DNA of 64,000 nt from Hemiscyllium ocellatum (lineage: Eukaryota), in assembly GCF_020745735.1 (NCBI RefSeq), contig NC_083417.1:29016001-29080000 (forward strand). Direction: 5' to 3'. The notes under the pieces are model-generated. The model saw nothing but the letters and a program-made list of their open reading frames with translations. It was not told the DNA's origin and made no database searches. Numbering within the stretch: position 1 is the stretch's first letter; each line of letters opens with the position of its first letter. The position numbers and the translations under genes are program-made. This document shows positions 13,830-27,762 of this stretch, piece by piece.

Positions 13830-14050
13830 AAAGGCTGAAGTCTATCGGTTCAGGACTGTGGTAAAGGATGTTTTAGCAATTGAGTTTAAAAGGAGAAAAG
13901 AGAGACTTAATTCCCTGGAGGTCCAAGAGGTCATGGACACCTCTACAAAGAATGGAAAATGTTGGCAAAAGAGGTCAGTACCTAGTGTCAGCTCCCAAGG
14001 ACTTAGCAGCAATGCCACAAGAAGTTCAATGATCTCACATAAGTAGTCGA
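13830..14050 (+). mobile_element. PIF/Harbinger Myb/SANT-like remnant
   Basis: Manual translation ...EWKMLAKEV...PRT*QQCHKKFNDL, typical of Myb/SANT-like (Myb_DNA-bind_5-type) domains. Confidence 0.55.
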
Positions 14051-14084
14051 GATTAGTAAACTCATATTTGCGTGGGTTCTGAAA

Positions 14085-14510
14085 TCATAGAATCATAGAG
14101 GTCTACAGCATGGAAATAGGCCCTTGCCACCCAGTTTTCACAATTAAATTAGTCCCATTTGCCTGTGTTTGATCCATATCCCTCCATACCTATACCATCT
14201 ATGTACCTGTCTACATGTTTCTTTAAAGGTCAAAATTGGACTTGCTTCCACCACTACCTCTGGCAGCTCATTCCAGACTCCTTAAACCTATACCCACTAG
14301 TTTTAGACTCCCCTAGCATAGGTAAAAGCTGTTGGCTAACTATCTTATCTATGCCTCTCAGCTCCAGGGAAAAATATTCCAGCCGAGCCAAACTCTCCTT
14401 ATGACTCAAATCTTCCAGTCCAGATAGCATCCTAATAAGTCTTTTCTGCACTCTTTCTAATTTAATAATATCTTTTCTATAGAGAGGGAACCAGAACTGC
14501 ATGCAGCACT
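14085..14510 (-). mobile_element. CR1/HER1 LINE 3' fragment
   Basis: ORF QFWFPLYRKDIIKLERVQKR (CR1 ORF2 C-terminus); CTATGATT-type tail. Confidence 0.85.
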
Positions 14511-14519
14511 ACAAACATT

Positions 14520-15145
14520 GTAGAATGCTTCACAATATCTGTGGATGGATTGGCCATTTTTAAAAATTGTGTCAAAGTGAAGCCTTTAGCTTCACAGGTT
14601 CCAAAGAAAATGTCTTCACATACAAAGTTACTAATGAAACCGAAAGATTTCTGCGACAAGAGGAAGATAGGAATTTCCTTTGTGAGATCAAAGATCCCAA
14701 CCGTACATTCTGGAATGCAGCTATATATGACAATAGACATATCACCAACTTTAAACTAGATACAGGAGTGAGAGTAATAGTTTGATTAGTTAATAAACTG
14801 TGTTTACTAACACATTGTCTGTAACCAATAGAAATCCAGTTATATGGTTGACAAAGCACTGAACTAAAAGTTAATGGAAAGTTGTAGGCAGCATTCCAGT
14901 GCAAGGGGAAGTAGATACTTGAAATTACTGTGTCAGAAATTCACTATTTTAATTGGAGGAGCTTGCATAGACCTTAATCTTCAATCAGGAAGGCAGAGAA
15001 GTCAATAAGGAAGAATCCAGGAGTGACTGCAAAAATGACCTTCTGAAAATATTTACTGGTCCGGGAAGACTCAACATCAAATATGGCACTACTTTACAAA
15101 AATATGCTAAGCCAATATGCTTTTTCACATCAAAGAAGATACTCA
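14520..15145 (+). mobile_element. Gypsy-type LTR retrotransposon pol (protease) remnant
   Basis: NFKLDTG aspartic-protease motif (ORF 14567-14785), followed by IFTG.G.L...Y..TL...AKP.C-like linker with stops. Confidence 0.65.
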
Positions 15146-15650
15146 CTAATAAAACAAGAACAAATGCAGGCAGCAAAATACAGGAAAACCACAATGAAAA
15201 TGTGTTTTAGTTACAGCAATAGGATAAATTTAAAGCCCCAACATTAAGTTCAAAGACATAGATGCGTATTAGCATTTTGAAATTTCATCCAAGCTCATGC
15301 CATTCAGACCATTGTCCACTAAGGATTATTCATTTGATGGTGGGATTGTCAGCCAAATACTCAAAGATTATCCAGATTCTATCTATTATCTATAATATTT
15401 TATATCTATGATGTATTTGAAATGTTTTACAGATCTTGTCTCTATTTCTAGTTTTGAGAAATTACTTTGTTTTTAGAAAACAATAACCTGGATGTGAGAT
15501 GTTTTTGTTTTTTAAGTGCATGTAAAAATAAAATGTTGTTACCACATTCATTCTTTGTGCTTATGTAGGTAAACTGAATTATTGCTTTGTTTGTTAACTG
15601 AGGTGCCTTACTGCTTTGTATAGTCATGGTCTATGCTGGATATGTCTATG

Positions 15651-17707
15651 ATTCTAGATTAGAGTGGTGCTGGAAAAGCACAGCAATTCAGGCAGCATCC
15701 GAGGAGCAGGAAAATCGCATTTCGGGCAAAAGCCCTTCATCAGGAATAGAGGCAGAATGCCTGCAGGATGGAGAGATAAATGAGAGGAGGATGGGGGTGT
15801 GGAGAAAGTAGCATAGAGTACAATAGGTGAATGGGGGTGGGGATGGAGGTGATAGGTCAGAGAGGAGGGGAACTCCCCACATACATTTGAGACACCAGCC
15901 ATGCCCTCCACCGCCTCCAAGACTTCCGTTTCCACGACCCCCAACGCCTCACCTTCACCATGGATATCTAATTACTCTTTGCCTCCATCCGCCATGACCA
16001 GGGCCTCCAAGCCCTCCGTTTCTTCCTCTCCTGACGTCCCCAACAGTAACCTTCCACTGACACTCTCATTCATTTGGCTGAAATGGTCCTCACCTTAACA
16101 ATTTCTCCTTCGAATCCTCCTACTTCCTCCCAAAGAGGTAGCCATGGGAACCCGTAAAGACCCCAGCTATGCCTGTCTCTTTGTTGGCTACGTAAAACAC
16201 TCCATCTTCCATAGTTACACCAGCACCACTCCCCACCTCTTCCTCCGCTACACTGATGACTGCATTGGCGCCACCTCGTGCTCCTGCGAGGAGGTTGAGC
16301 AATTCATCAACTTCACCAACACATTCCACCCTGACCTTAAATTTACCTGGACCATCTCTGACACCTCCCTCCTCTTCCTGGACCTTCCATCTCAATTAAT
16401 GACGACTGACTTGACATCGACATTTTTTACAAACCCACCTACTCCCACAGCCACCTAGATTACACCTCTTCCCACCCTACCTCCTTCAAGAATGCCATCC
16501 CGTATTCCAATTCCTCTGCCTCCACCGTATCTGCTCCAGGAGGACCAGTTCCACACACCAGATGGCCTCCTTCTTTAGAGACCACAATTTCCCTTCCCAC
16601 GTGGTTAAAGATGCATCTCGTCCACGTCTGGCACCTCTGCCCTCAGATCCCACCCCTTCAACCGTAACAAGGACAGAACCCCCCCCCCCACCACCACCCG
16701 GTGCTCACCTTCCACTCTATCAACCTTTGCATAGACCAAATCATCCGACAACATTCCTGCCACCCCCAAATGGACCCCACCACCAGGGATATATTTCCTT
16801 CCGCACTCCTTTCTGCCTTCCGCAAAGACTATTCCCTCTGTGACGACCTGGCCATGTCCACACCGCCCCCCCCAACAACCCACCCTCCTGTTCTGGCACC
16901 TTCCTCTGCTACTGCAGGAATTGCAAAACCTGTGCCCAAACCTCCTCCCTCAACTCCATCCAAGGCCCCAAAGGAGCCTTCCACATCCATCAAAGTTTTA
17001 GCTGCACATCCACCAATATCGTTTATTGTATCCGTTGCTCCCAATGCGGTCTCCTCTACATTGGGGAGACTGGACACCTCCTAGCAGAGCGTTTTATGGA
17101 ACATCTCTGGGACACCCACACCAATCAACTACACCGCTCTGTGGCCCAACATTTCAACTCCCCCTCCCACTCTGCCGAGGACATGGAGGTCCTGGGCCTC
17201 CTTTACCGCTGCTCCCTCACCACCCGACGCCTGGAGAAAGAATGCCTCATCTTCTACCTCGGAACACTTCAACCCCAGTTTCCTCATTTCTCCTTCCCCC
17301 ATCTCACCCCAGTTCCAAACTTCCAGCTCAGCACTGTCCACATGACTTGTCCTACCTGCCTATCTTCCTTTCCATCTACCCACTTCACCCTCCTCTCTGA
17401 CCTATCACCTTCATCCCCACCCCCATTCACCCATTGTATTCTTTGCTACCTTCCCCCACCCTCCTCCCGGACCTATCACCTCCACCCCCCCATTTACCTA
17501 TTGTACTCTATGCTACTTTCTCCCCACCCCCACCCTCCTTTCATTTATCTCTCCACCCTACAGGCACTCTGCCTCTATTTCTAATGAAGGGCTTTTGCCC
17601 AAAACGTCGATATTCCTGCTCCTCAGATGCTGCCTGAACTGCTGTGCTTTTCCAGCACTACTCTAATCTAGAATCTGGTTTCCAGCTTCTGCAGTCATTG
17701 TTTTTAC
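15651..17707 (+). mobile_element. Penelope-like retroelement (family A, Neptune-like), 5'-truncated, with inverted 5' pLTR
   Basis: RT motifs MGT..PSYACLF and RYTDD (16144-16458), Cys-rich linker, GIY-YIG VYCIRCSQCGLLYIGETG, 3' pLTR with hammerhead remnant at 17581-17608, inverted pLTR at 15651-15870; 15-bp TSD CTGGATATGTCTATG at 15636-15650 and 17708-17722; frameshifted. Confidence 0.9.
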
Positions 17708-20700
17708 CTGGATATGTCTATGTTAAAGAGCATATCAAGCCAAGAAAGGAAATCTGTTAAAGTTGTGACCTGATTTCTGTCATATGCTACATTGCCCAGA
17801 AGCACAGACATCAGATTTCAAGGACCATGTTTATCTGTTCAACAGAAAACCATGTTATATTCAAAACTTTCAGGAGAAATGGTTCTGTTCATTCATTTTC
17901 TGGAAGAAAAAGCATTATTTACTGGGAAGGAAGGAGAATGATTTTGATTTCAGCTCTAAGTCTGAAAATAAATTATGTTGCACAAAAGTCTCTTGCAATT
18001 ACTAAGGTCTGAAACACATCTTCATTATGTTACAATCACATACTACAACCAAAAAAAAATTCTTTTTATATGTTTTGCTTTCTCTGTTCTTGGTCAGAAA
18101 GTTAGTAAGAGGTTCCATAATATTGATTTTAAACAAAAATCCAAAATATTGGAGAAAATGTTAAATATGTTCTGGCATAGTGCACCTACGTAATATAAAA
18201 AATATTTTATTTAGTCCTCATCCCAAACTAATTTATACGATATATTTCATTACTAACTTATGTATTTTAACTAATTAGACTTTGCTTTACTTGTTCAAAT
18301 ACAATGTCAAGCAGGAACGAAATGATGGTGTTCACTTAGACCATGAAAAATATTAACTACAAAGATTGAGTGATCTTTCTTGTGTGGGTTTCCCAACTCC
18401 TGATGTCAGTTTGCATCTGGTGTCAAGTCAGGCTGATCTCCAAATATTCAGCAAAGGTGATATCATCAAGGAGTGTAAGCAGCCAATCATGTTGAAGTAT
18501 TCTCATAAACAGCAAATTAGGAAGTAAAATTATTTAACTTTATAATTAAAATGTTACAAAGAATAAAATAAATGATTGGAGCATACACGTGAAATTCAGA
18601 TAGAACGTGAAACATCATTAATATATATTTTAAGAAGTATTGTTTAACAACAACTTTTTTTACCACAATGGAGAATCCTGACATTCCACAAATACTGTAT
18701 AAAGAAGACCTTATGCCTGAAACGTCGATTCTCCTGCTCCTCAGCTGCTGCCTGACCTGCTGTGCTTTTTCAACACCACACTCTCGACTTAGTTTTTCCA
18801 AGTGCATGTTTAGGAGTGATTAAGAATTTATTACATTGTTAAAAACCAAATTGTGTCTCATTCAATCAGGTGTGAATTCTTCAAGGGTTTTTACAATGAG
18901 AGCAAGCGCAAAGGAGTGAAAGGTCACATCAGTTCAGCAATTTCTATTTGATTGTTGTCTGCAGAGACTTCAACAGTGCACCCTATGGGGAAATCTGTAA
19001 TCACTGACAGCAAATATGTATTTCTACTCTTAACTACACATATGCTGAATCCAGCAGATGCTTTCATGTCACTGGTATGAAGAAAGTAAATTCTGACAAT
19101 TTCCCACTTTTACCACCATAAAACAAATCTCATTATTTGGCAGAAAATTTGTAGTTTGTGAAAGTGGCAGATTCTGTGCACATGTAATTAATCCAATGCA
19201 TTTTTCTTATATTAATCTCATGCCTAAATTATCCAGAAATCATCTCTTGGAATGTGATGACTAGTCAGATAGATTTGAATACAAAGCCAGTGATCAACAT
19301 CTGCTGATGTTTCCTATTTACTAAGTGTCAGTAAATGATTTATTAAACTGTCCAGTTTAAATTGAACATTTGCACTTTTAAAGTACAGCTAATATGGTTC
19401 TGCACATTTTTAAAAACATTTCTAACAATTTTGTACCTTTCTTCTCAAATTATATGCAGAGAGATAAGTAATCAATCAGTTCATTGACATGAAATTTCCA
19501 GCTATCAGGCTAACTGGGCTTCAGACTGAGATCAGATGCTAAATTGGAAAGTTCTATTTCCATCATGTGAAGTCCTCACATATCTCAACTCCAAGACACT
19601 TTTTTCAATGTAGCCTCATCTTCAGCAGCAACATGAACAGCCAAGATGCGACAGAGTAATAAATCTCCATTGATTTAATTATTAATTTCCTAATAAATAA
19701 GAATTTTATGGTGAACCATCTGTGTATTCAATATTTTATTATAAATCTCTAATTTATATTGTGCATTTTCAGCAGGTCTGTCAGAAATCCCAACCTGTGA
19801 AAAGGTAGAACTGGAAAAGAATGATTTTTATTGTTAAAAAACATTTTGAAGGAAGTTTGGACCACTCTGTTCTCAGAACAGAAAAGGAGCAAAAAGTACA
19901 AATTTCCCAAAATTATCTTTACACCCCATAGGGGTCTGAAATGTGCCTGGCATCATTTTGAGTGAGACCATACACAAACCTCTCCAGCTATTTCATAAAT
20001 TTTCCTTGTGTGTTAATGAGATGCCTAATTCTTGTTTTGGACTTCTGCCAGAAAGTTATTAGGATTGCTCAGGTTCTTCAGTAGCCTAACCAGTGGCACT
20101 AAACGAGATTGATTGAGATTCACCATCAACAAGTAAACCTTTTAAGTGTTCTTTTATATTATCTGGGTGCAGCACAACATTATTGTAGATGCTTTTAGCC
20201 TGTGCCAGTGCAATGTCTTAGTGCTGGATGGATTTTCATCACTACTTGAAAAAAAACTATCCAGTCAGCATCAGTCTCCCCACTGGACTTGAAATGTTAA
20301 CTTTGTTTCTCTCTCCACAATGCCGTTAGAGCTGTCGCATTTCTCCAGCAATTCTGTTAACCTGTTATCATTGTTCTGAATTAGTTCTTTTCTCCAGAAT
20401 AAATTGCTTTTGCATTAGCCCCAACTAGGTCTTCTGTGAACTACTCAAAAGCTTTCCAATCCAAGGTTTGCATTTAGCAGAAATCAATTCTTGATTTTCC
20501 TTAACCACGTGCAAGCAAATGCCTTTCAGTGTTCATCATACTCTCACAATATAAACAAGAGTACTATGGCTCTAGGAAGGTCTGGTTGTCTGCTGTCTGA
20601 AAGATCCTGGTTCAAAACCAGCTCTGCAGGAATGTTCACCATTCCAAGCCAGTGCTATTGGAGGTGGTCCATCAGAAATCCCAACCTGCGAGGTGGTTCC

Positions 20701-21929
20701 ATTCTCTCGGCAGTGATTAGAAACCGAGTACAGTAGAGACCCAGATTGTTTTTGTAGAGTCAAGAGCAGCATTCCTATTCCACCTGACTCTACAAAAGTA
20801 CTTTAAGCCTTCTTACCAGGCTTTCCTTTAGCCGGATTGAAAACTGCAGGAAATGCACACACTAACACCAATCTGTCTTAAAATGCCCAATCCACTTGTT
20901 TTCACACATTAAAGTACTTACCACCAGGCCCAAGTTCACACTGTCTCTTTGTTGTGGGCACTGTCAGTGGGAATTGGTTAATATGTATTAATGAGTCCAG
21001 GAACAGGTAAGTGTTGGTGGTTTCCAGATGCAATTGGGAGGTGGGGCCTGAGGACATTAGGAGGGAAGGTGAAGGATCTTGTGAGGAACTGAAGATGACA
21101 GACAGAGCACACACTGAGTGCAGGCCTTATGGGAAGGTATCCAATGTAGAAAAGAAACCATTGAGGGGAGACAGTGCCTTCCTACCTGAGGCAAGTAGGG
21201 TGACCTGTCAGGCATCTCTCCCTACCCTGCCCCGTAATTGATCCTGCCAGTATCAAGATCGAGCCAGGCAGGAAACTGCCTTAAAATGGTGATTAATTGA
21301 CCTCTTAAAGTCCTTAACTGGGGCCAATGCATGCCAGCTAGCTGTCTGTAAGTTTGGGGCACGTGGTGTGAGGGCCATTTGGGGAATTTTATGGTCTCCC
21401 ACTACGTGCAGAACATTGAGCCCATAGCCCTGTAGGCTGGTGAGGATCTAGTATTCCTGTCTCTGGCTATTGCCAAGATTCACAGTTTCTGTGAAACATT
21501 TGTACTCAGTATGAATTTAGTTAATTTCTTCCAACCGAGCTGCTCCTGTCAGCTTTTTCCCTCAAGGCAAGTGAGTTCATCTGGAAAATTTTCTGAAGAC
21601 TGACAGGCCTCATTAGACGTGGATGGATGGCTTCAAGTGCCAGTCAGTCCTAGGATTCAAACTCTGATGATAGCAACACTTCACTTTTAAGCCACTGTAG
21701 TTAATAGGTTATGTTTTCCAGCAGAGTGACAAGAGTTCTAATTGGAACTACCCTTTAAGATTTACACCTGTGCCAAACCTTAGATGAGATAAAATTTGAT
21801 CACAGATAAGTGATGGATTTCTGGTAAATATCCACTGCACCCTATCCAGTCTAATTACATGGTGAAGATTTTAAACCACAAAAAGAAGGCTATGCAAGTG
21901 TTGGAAGCTCAGGATCAGGCTGTTATAAG

Positions 21930-22370
21930 TGCAGCACGGAAACAAATGATTCTGTTCCACCAATCCAGACTGACTATATTCCCAAACTAAACTAGTCCCA
22001 CCTGCGCACTTGGCCCATATCCCTCCAAATACTTCTTATTCATGTACTTATCCAATTGTCTTTTAAACATTGTAACTGTACCCATATCCACTACTTCCTC
22101 TGGAAGTTCGTTCCACACACGAATCACTCTGTCTAAAAACGCTGCCGCGCGTGCCTTTTTTAATCTTTCTCCTCTCACCCTAGTCTTGAAATCTCCTCTC
22201 CCATTCACCTTATCTTATAGCCCTTATGATTTAACAAACATCTATCAGGTCACCTCTCAAACTCCTATGCTCCAGTGAAAAAGGTCCTAGCCTCCTTTTT
22301 GAAATCCTATCCGAACCCCCTCCAGTTTAATAATATCCTTTCCTATAGCAGGGTGACTAGAACTGACAGT
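21930..22370 (-). mobile_element. CR1/HER1 LINE 3' fragment
   Basis: ORF RVIRVWNELPEEVV...FKRQLDKYM, CR1 ORF2 C-terminus. Confidence 0.85.
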
Positions 22371-24959
22371 GTTACTACTTATAGTCACAGGGACAGATAA
22401 GATTTAACAAGAATTAATGGATTGCGCTATAGATTGATGATGAAGGGGGGATGTTGGGTGGAGAAATAATCGAGAGAGGGGAAATATATGATGGCATTTT
22501 AAAATGATGAGAAGGAGAGGAAATAGGAGAAAAACCAATATGGACAAATAGATACATTGGGTGCCGAAAGGCAACAAATATGTGCATGACATGGGAACAG
22601 AATCAATTTAGTTTCAATATTCTTAAAATAGACGGTCTATAGCTCAGAATAATGTGTGAGATTGATAGCAATATTTTGTGTATAATGTGGGTCGCACTAT
22701 TTCCCTGAAGCTCCCCAAACACCAGTCAGTAATCAAAAAATATTTCAAAACTGAGAGAGCATATTGTTCTCTAATTCTTGTTCTGAATCAATATCAGCTT
22801 GCCACCTTTGATCTGTCGTTGTTTTGAGATGCAACATGCTTGTAATGTAGGAAACAACAATTGCTGCAGAGCATGGTCCCATAAGCAGTGTGCAACAACT
22901 GTTTGCATCATGTTGTTGGACAAGGGATTAATATTGACCAGGAAGTCCAATTCTTTTTAAAATATCACTGTGAGGTCTTTTACTTCGACTCAAAAAAGTG
23001 TAACCTTTCATCTGAAGTACATCACAATTGACAGTGCACCTTCCTCTCAGTAGTGGACTGCAGTGACAATCTAGAAGCACTCAAGTCTCTGAATTGAAAA
23101 TTGAACCCATAGCATTCTGACTCATGCTCAAGTATCACTGTTTATTCTGTGATAATGATCTCATTTCAATTTCTGGAAATCTGTGAAAAATAAGACTTGT
23201 TCTCCTGACATGGATATAGATGTTGTTGACTTATCATGTAATTCTCCCACAATTCTTAACAAGGATCTTATTATTCAGGAATGAGGTTCTCTGTAATTTT
23301 AAGCTCTTTAGTAATTTCTTTGTAAATTTTTTTTCTCAAGAGTAAAGCTAAATGTAAAGGGCTCTTGGTATTCCTTTTAAGAGCAAGAAAGGTATTCTTG
23401 GATTTTCTTCTCTAGACATTAGTTATATTTCTGAAATGTTCTTAAGATTGATTTATATATATAAATAATATATACTTGTTGTGCTGTGTATCTTTCATGT
23501 TGTTTCATAATCTTGTTCTTCCAAAGAACCCTCCTTTATAAGTGCATGTGAGTGCTGGTGTGATTTAATTACAAAGGAATTATATTTTAATATCAAAGGT
23601 AAAATAATATTATGAAGTGAATTGGAACTTCTGTGCTTGAAGGTGAGGTTAGCAAACACAAAATGCTAATTATACCATCATAGAGAATTGCAAGAAAATA
23701 AATGTTATATTTTAGTGTTGGTTTTCAATTGCAAATGCATAGGCAGCATCATTCAATTTGTTGACTTTGTTCAATAACAAACAGTGTTAACCTTTCATCT
23801 TCATCATTTTAAAATGCTATTATATTATGTATGCCCATATATTACCTAGTGCTGGTTTCCACAAGCCAAGTGACAATTAGCTATAGCAGCTGGGTTTTTG
23901 TCAGCATTTCCTACGTTTACAAGTTTTGAATAACGTGCAGGCAATTTATTTTGCTTGTAAGCATGCAGCTTTATAATACTTTCAAAATATCCCTTAAAAT
24001 CATCATTTAATATATTTGAAATAATATTAAACTATGTTAATTCTGCTGAGACTATGAAACTGGAGAGTGTAACTGTCTAAATGCACACTCACTGTTAGAA
24101 AAGCATTGCTTTCTGAAATACCAGCAAAAGCTAAAGTATTTTCTGCACTGGATATTGCAAATGAATTCTACAGTTTAACCAGCGGCAAAAATAATTCAGT
24201 GCATTTTTGCAATAATATTGGGAAGTTATAGTTTCACTTGGATAGTGATCAGAAAGGGGTTTCATAATGCATCCACTATTTCTCAGAATGGAACAAAATT
24301 CTGCAGCCAAAATGTTTGCTGCAACATGTAGATGACTTACTTTGACCGACTGAAACAATTGACGACAATGTTAAGTTACTCAGTGAGGTGTTATTTTCGT
24401 TATTGAAGGGGAAATTCAAAAGTTAACCTGAAGAAGGCTCAAGTGCTGCAGGATGAAGTAATTTTCATGGGAGTCTCAATATTATGACATAATTTGAGTC
24501 TAGGCGGACATAAGGTAGAAGTCATTCAATAGTTGCCTTTGCCAGTATCCAAGCCTGTGCTTAACTTTGACTGGCGTATGATTGGTACTGCTTTATATAG
24601 GGTTTTGCACAGATATTGGCACAAGACTTTGCAGACAACTGGCATCCATTCGAGTATGTCTATCATGTCCTACAGGGGGTAGAGAATTCTTATTTGATTT
24701 ATAAATGGCATTTGTTAGCTTTCTTTTGTTGGTCTGCTATTTTACTTACATCATGGACCCACAAAATACCATCATCCATTCATCTCATCCTCCTTTAATT
24801 TTATTAATGAAACTGGGGACTGGTTGTAATTTCACAAAGGCTGAGTAGATGAACACTGGAATTATTTCACAGAGATTTTTATGTGACCCTATATGATATT
24901 ACCCTTCTTCTAGTAATGATGGAAAATGAGGGCCATCTCACAAGGATAGTTCCAGATTC

Positions 24960-25300
24960 CAGGCAGGTAAAAAGGCTGGTCAGATGGGCTGATCTGTGAC
25001 AAATGAAACTCAATACAGATAACTGTGAGGTGATGTACCTAGGCAGGACAAGGTAGGCCAGGAAAATAATGATGAACGGTAGGAACCTGGAAAGCACCGA
25101 AGAGCAGAAGGGCCTTGGTGTGCATGTCCAATCAACCCTTAAAGTAGTGGGACAAGCAGATAAAGTGATAAGGAAAAGACTTGGATACCTGTCTTTATTA
25201 ACTGAGGCATAGATTTTAAGTGTAGGAGGGCAATGCTTAAAATGTATAAAACATTGGCTGGGCCACAGCTAGAGTATTGCGTGCATTTCTGGAATCCTTT
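24960..25300 (+). mobile_element. CR1-type LINE fragment
   Basis: WA..*QM..N...CEVM.LG / LGV.V / RPQLEYCV.FWNP-like CR1 motifs. Confidence 0.7.
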
Positions 25301-25619
25301 ACCATTGATGGATTTTGAGCAGAATCCACTTCTTTAAGTTCCTACTCAATAAGCTTCTGATGTTTAGAGTGATGGCTTGTTAAGGGAGTTTCTCAGAGGG
25401 TTTTTAGTGGCATTACTTGGCAGACTTTCAAGTTCAAGTCTTTGTCATTCTTCCCAGTTCATAGAATTGATGGCTTTTATGCATTGCAGCTATAAAAGAG
25501 GTGAATACTGTGAATACATGATCTGAGACCTATGCTATTAAAAATCCCTCCTGATCTTCAGAAAGTAAATTCTTGATCCGATGTCTAATTTTTCTTGACA
25601 AGTTTTGAAAGAGAGAAAC

Positions 25620-26035
25620 ATAGTTAATGTCATAGCAGAGAAGTGGAATAGTTCTCAGCACACTCAGGGAAACAATGCCATTGATATAGCAGCTAAGGAA
25701 GCAGCTATATCTAGAGATTCATTTCTAGAGTTAAGTACCATAACTCAGTCATTCAAAGATGAAATTATAGCAATGGGTGTTTAATAGCAAGCCTGCAGTG
25801 CGAGTAAAACCTATATCAAGTAGATATTCATTGGACTTTGGGTGCATTTTGTTCATGAACTTACATTATTTTCTTTTGAAGGTTCTCTTTGTTCTTTAAG
25901 GTGTGAGCAAAAGGCAAATCAAAATCCAGTGGTGTGTTCCTCCTGAACTAGAGGATCAAATTTTATGTTTATTTCATTCTCATCCAAATGTTGGTCATTA
26001 TTCTGCTAAGATTCTCCAAGCAAAAGTTGCAACTT
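25620..26035 (+). mobile_element. Retrovirus-like pol remnant (RNase H C-terminus and integrase zinc-binding N-terminus)
   Basis: Frame from 25632: SQHTQGNNAIDIAAKEAA; ORF 25903-26088: WCVPPELEDQILCLFHSHPNVGH. Confidence 0.55.
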
Positions 26036-27762
26036 GTGTTGATGTGGAGGTGCTGGTGTTGGACTGGACTTGTGTTGACCTTAGATAAAATATGGATGGC
26101 AATACTACATAAGTGAGGACCCAAAGTGAAACCTGGCTTTATAGACCACAAGTTTTATTTTTGCAATTTGTTTACTAAGGTGGTCAGTTACATCTTCACA
26201 AGAGGCGGTCAATGTACTTTCAACAATAGAACTTCAAAGTTTAATACTTTCAAAGACAAAAACATACTACTTTACACTATACAAGAACTATTTGAAAGGT
26301 TTCATTAGACAGTAGAAATGACTCAATATTTTTTCCGCCCACAAAAACCATACAAATACCTGAACCTCAGTGAACTCACTCCTACCTTCACTTTAGTTTT
26401 GTTGTTCAATTGGCATGCCTATACTTGGTTTCTGAAGCTTTGTTCTTGCCGACTTGTAAACAGATGGGTTTACGATTCCCTCAGTTTTCTCTTTCTGGAG
26501 TTTTTGTTTAATTCATTCAGAATGTTTTCCCTAGCCTTGACGTTTCGGCGACAGCTAAACTAATGGCACATTTTTGCTCTGATTGAACCTGCACACACTA
26601 ACTGTTTCAAAGGACACCTTGTTGCTAGGCAACACCTTTTTCTCTACTACCCTCATTTCTAATGCACTGACTTATTCAATCAGCGTAGATTTGCAAATGA
26701 AAAATGGTATTTGACAAATTGTTGGTGTGTGAGTAAAAGGCATTGAAATATTTGATTAGCCATAAAGATATTAAATAGTGGAACAGGCTTGACAGGCTGA
26801 ATGGCCTATCCTATTTTCCCAAATTCACCTCAACCTCTATTCCAAGGCTGTCAATCCTCATTAAAAATACATATTTAGCAAAGTTCGAACATCCCATCAT
26901 CATTCACAGAACAAATCTAAAATGAAAATTAAATTATGCCCTTTACATTTAACCCACACAATATATTGATTGATTGTCACATGAAACAAAGTATGGTGAA
27001 AAGCTTTGTTTATGAGCAGTACAGGCAGATCATAGTAAGCAAGGATGTGCAGATCAAAAATTAGACAGAGACATGCAGGTTATATCGCACAGGGTGTGTA
27101 TTAGATAAGATCAACATTAGCAAGTTCTGTGTATTTTAGAATCTAATTTTCCAGGCAGTAATAATAATATATCATGAACCTTCACAATAGGATGTAAACT
27201 CTAGATGCTAGATATTTGCCAGGGTTACAGGTAAGCCCTACACTGAGTAGTAATAGAGCTTTCCTTAACTGTCAGGCAGCACCACAGTTTCCTTTGATGC
27301 ATGACCAAATTGACTTTATAGTCCTATTATCACCATCATAATTAAATTTTACATATGAACTTACAGTTATTGACTAATCTATATAGAGCATTTCCTTGTC
27401 AGTCACATATTACATTTATGGCGACAAAGATATTATTAAGTGATGTGTAGTTGGGGACTTCATATATTGGTCAACTAGAACCAAGGTCTCACTTTACAAG
27501 GGATTTCTATTGTATTAGAAGAGTTGATGGAAATTCAGCAGAAGCTGCATATATCATACCATCCAGTCTTCCGGAATTGTTGAGTGTAGTAATAGAATGT
27601 TTAAGAATATGTTGTAAAAGTAATGTATGACTAACTTCACTCACTTTTTTGATCTACAGCTCAGAACTACAGGTATGTCACATTGTCAGACTATGATGGA
27701 AGGTTAATAATTGGACATGGACTGGAACAACTCCTCCGACACAGCATTTGTGTAATTCTAAA

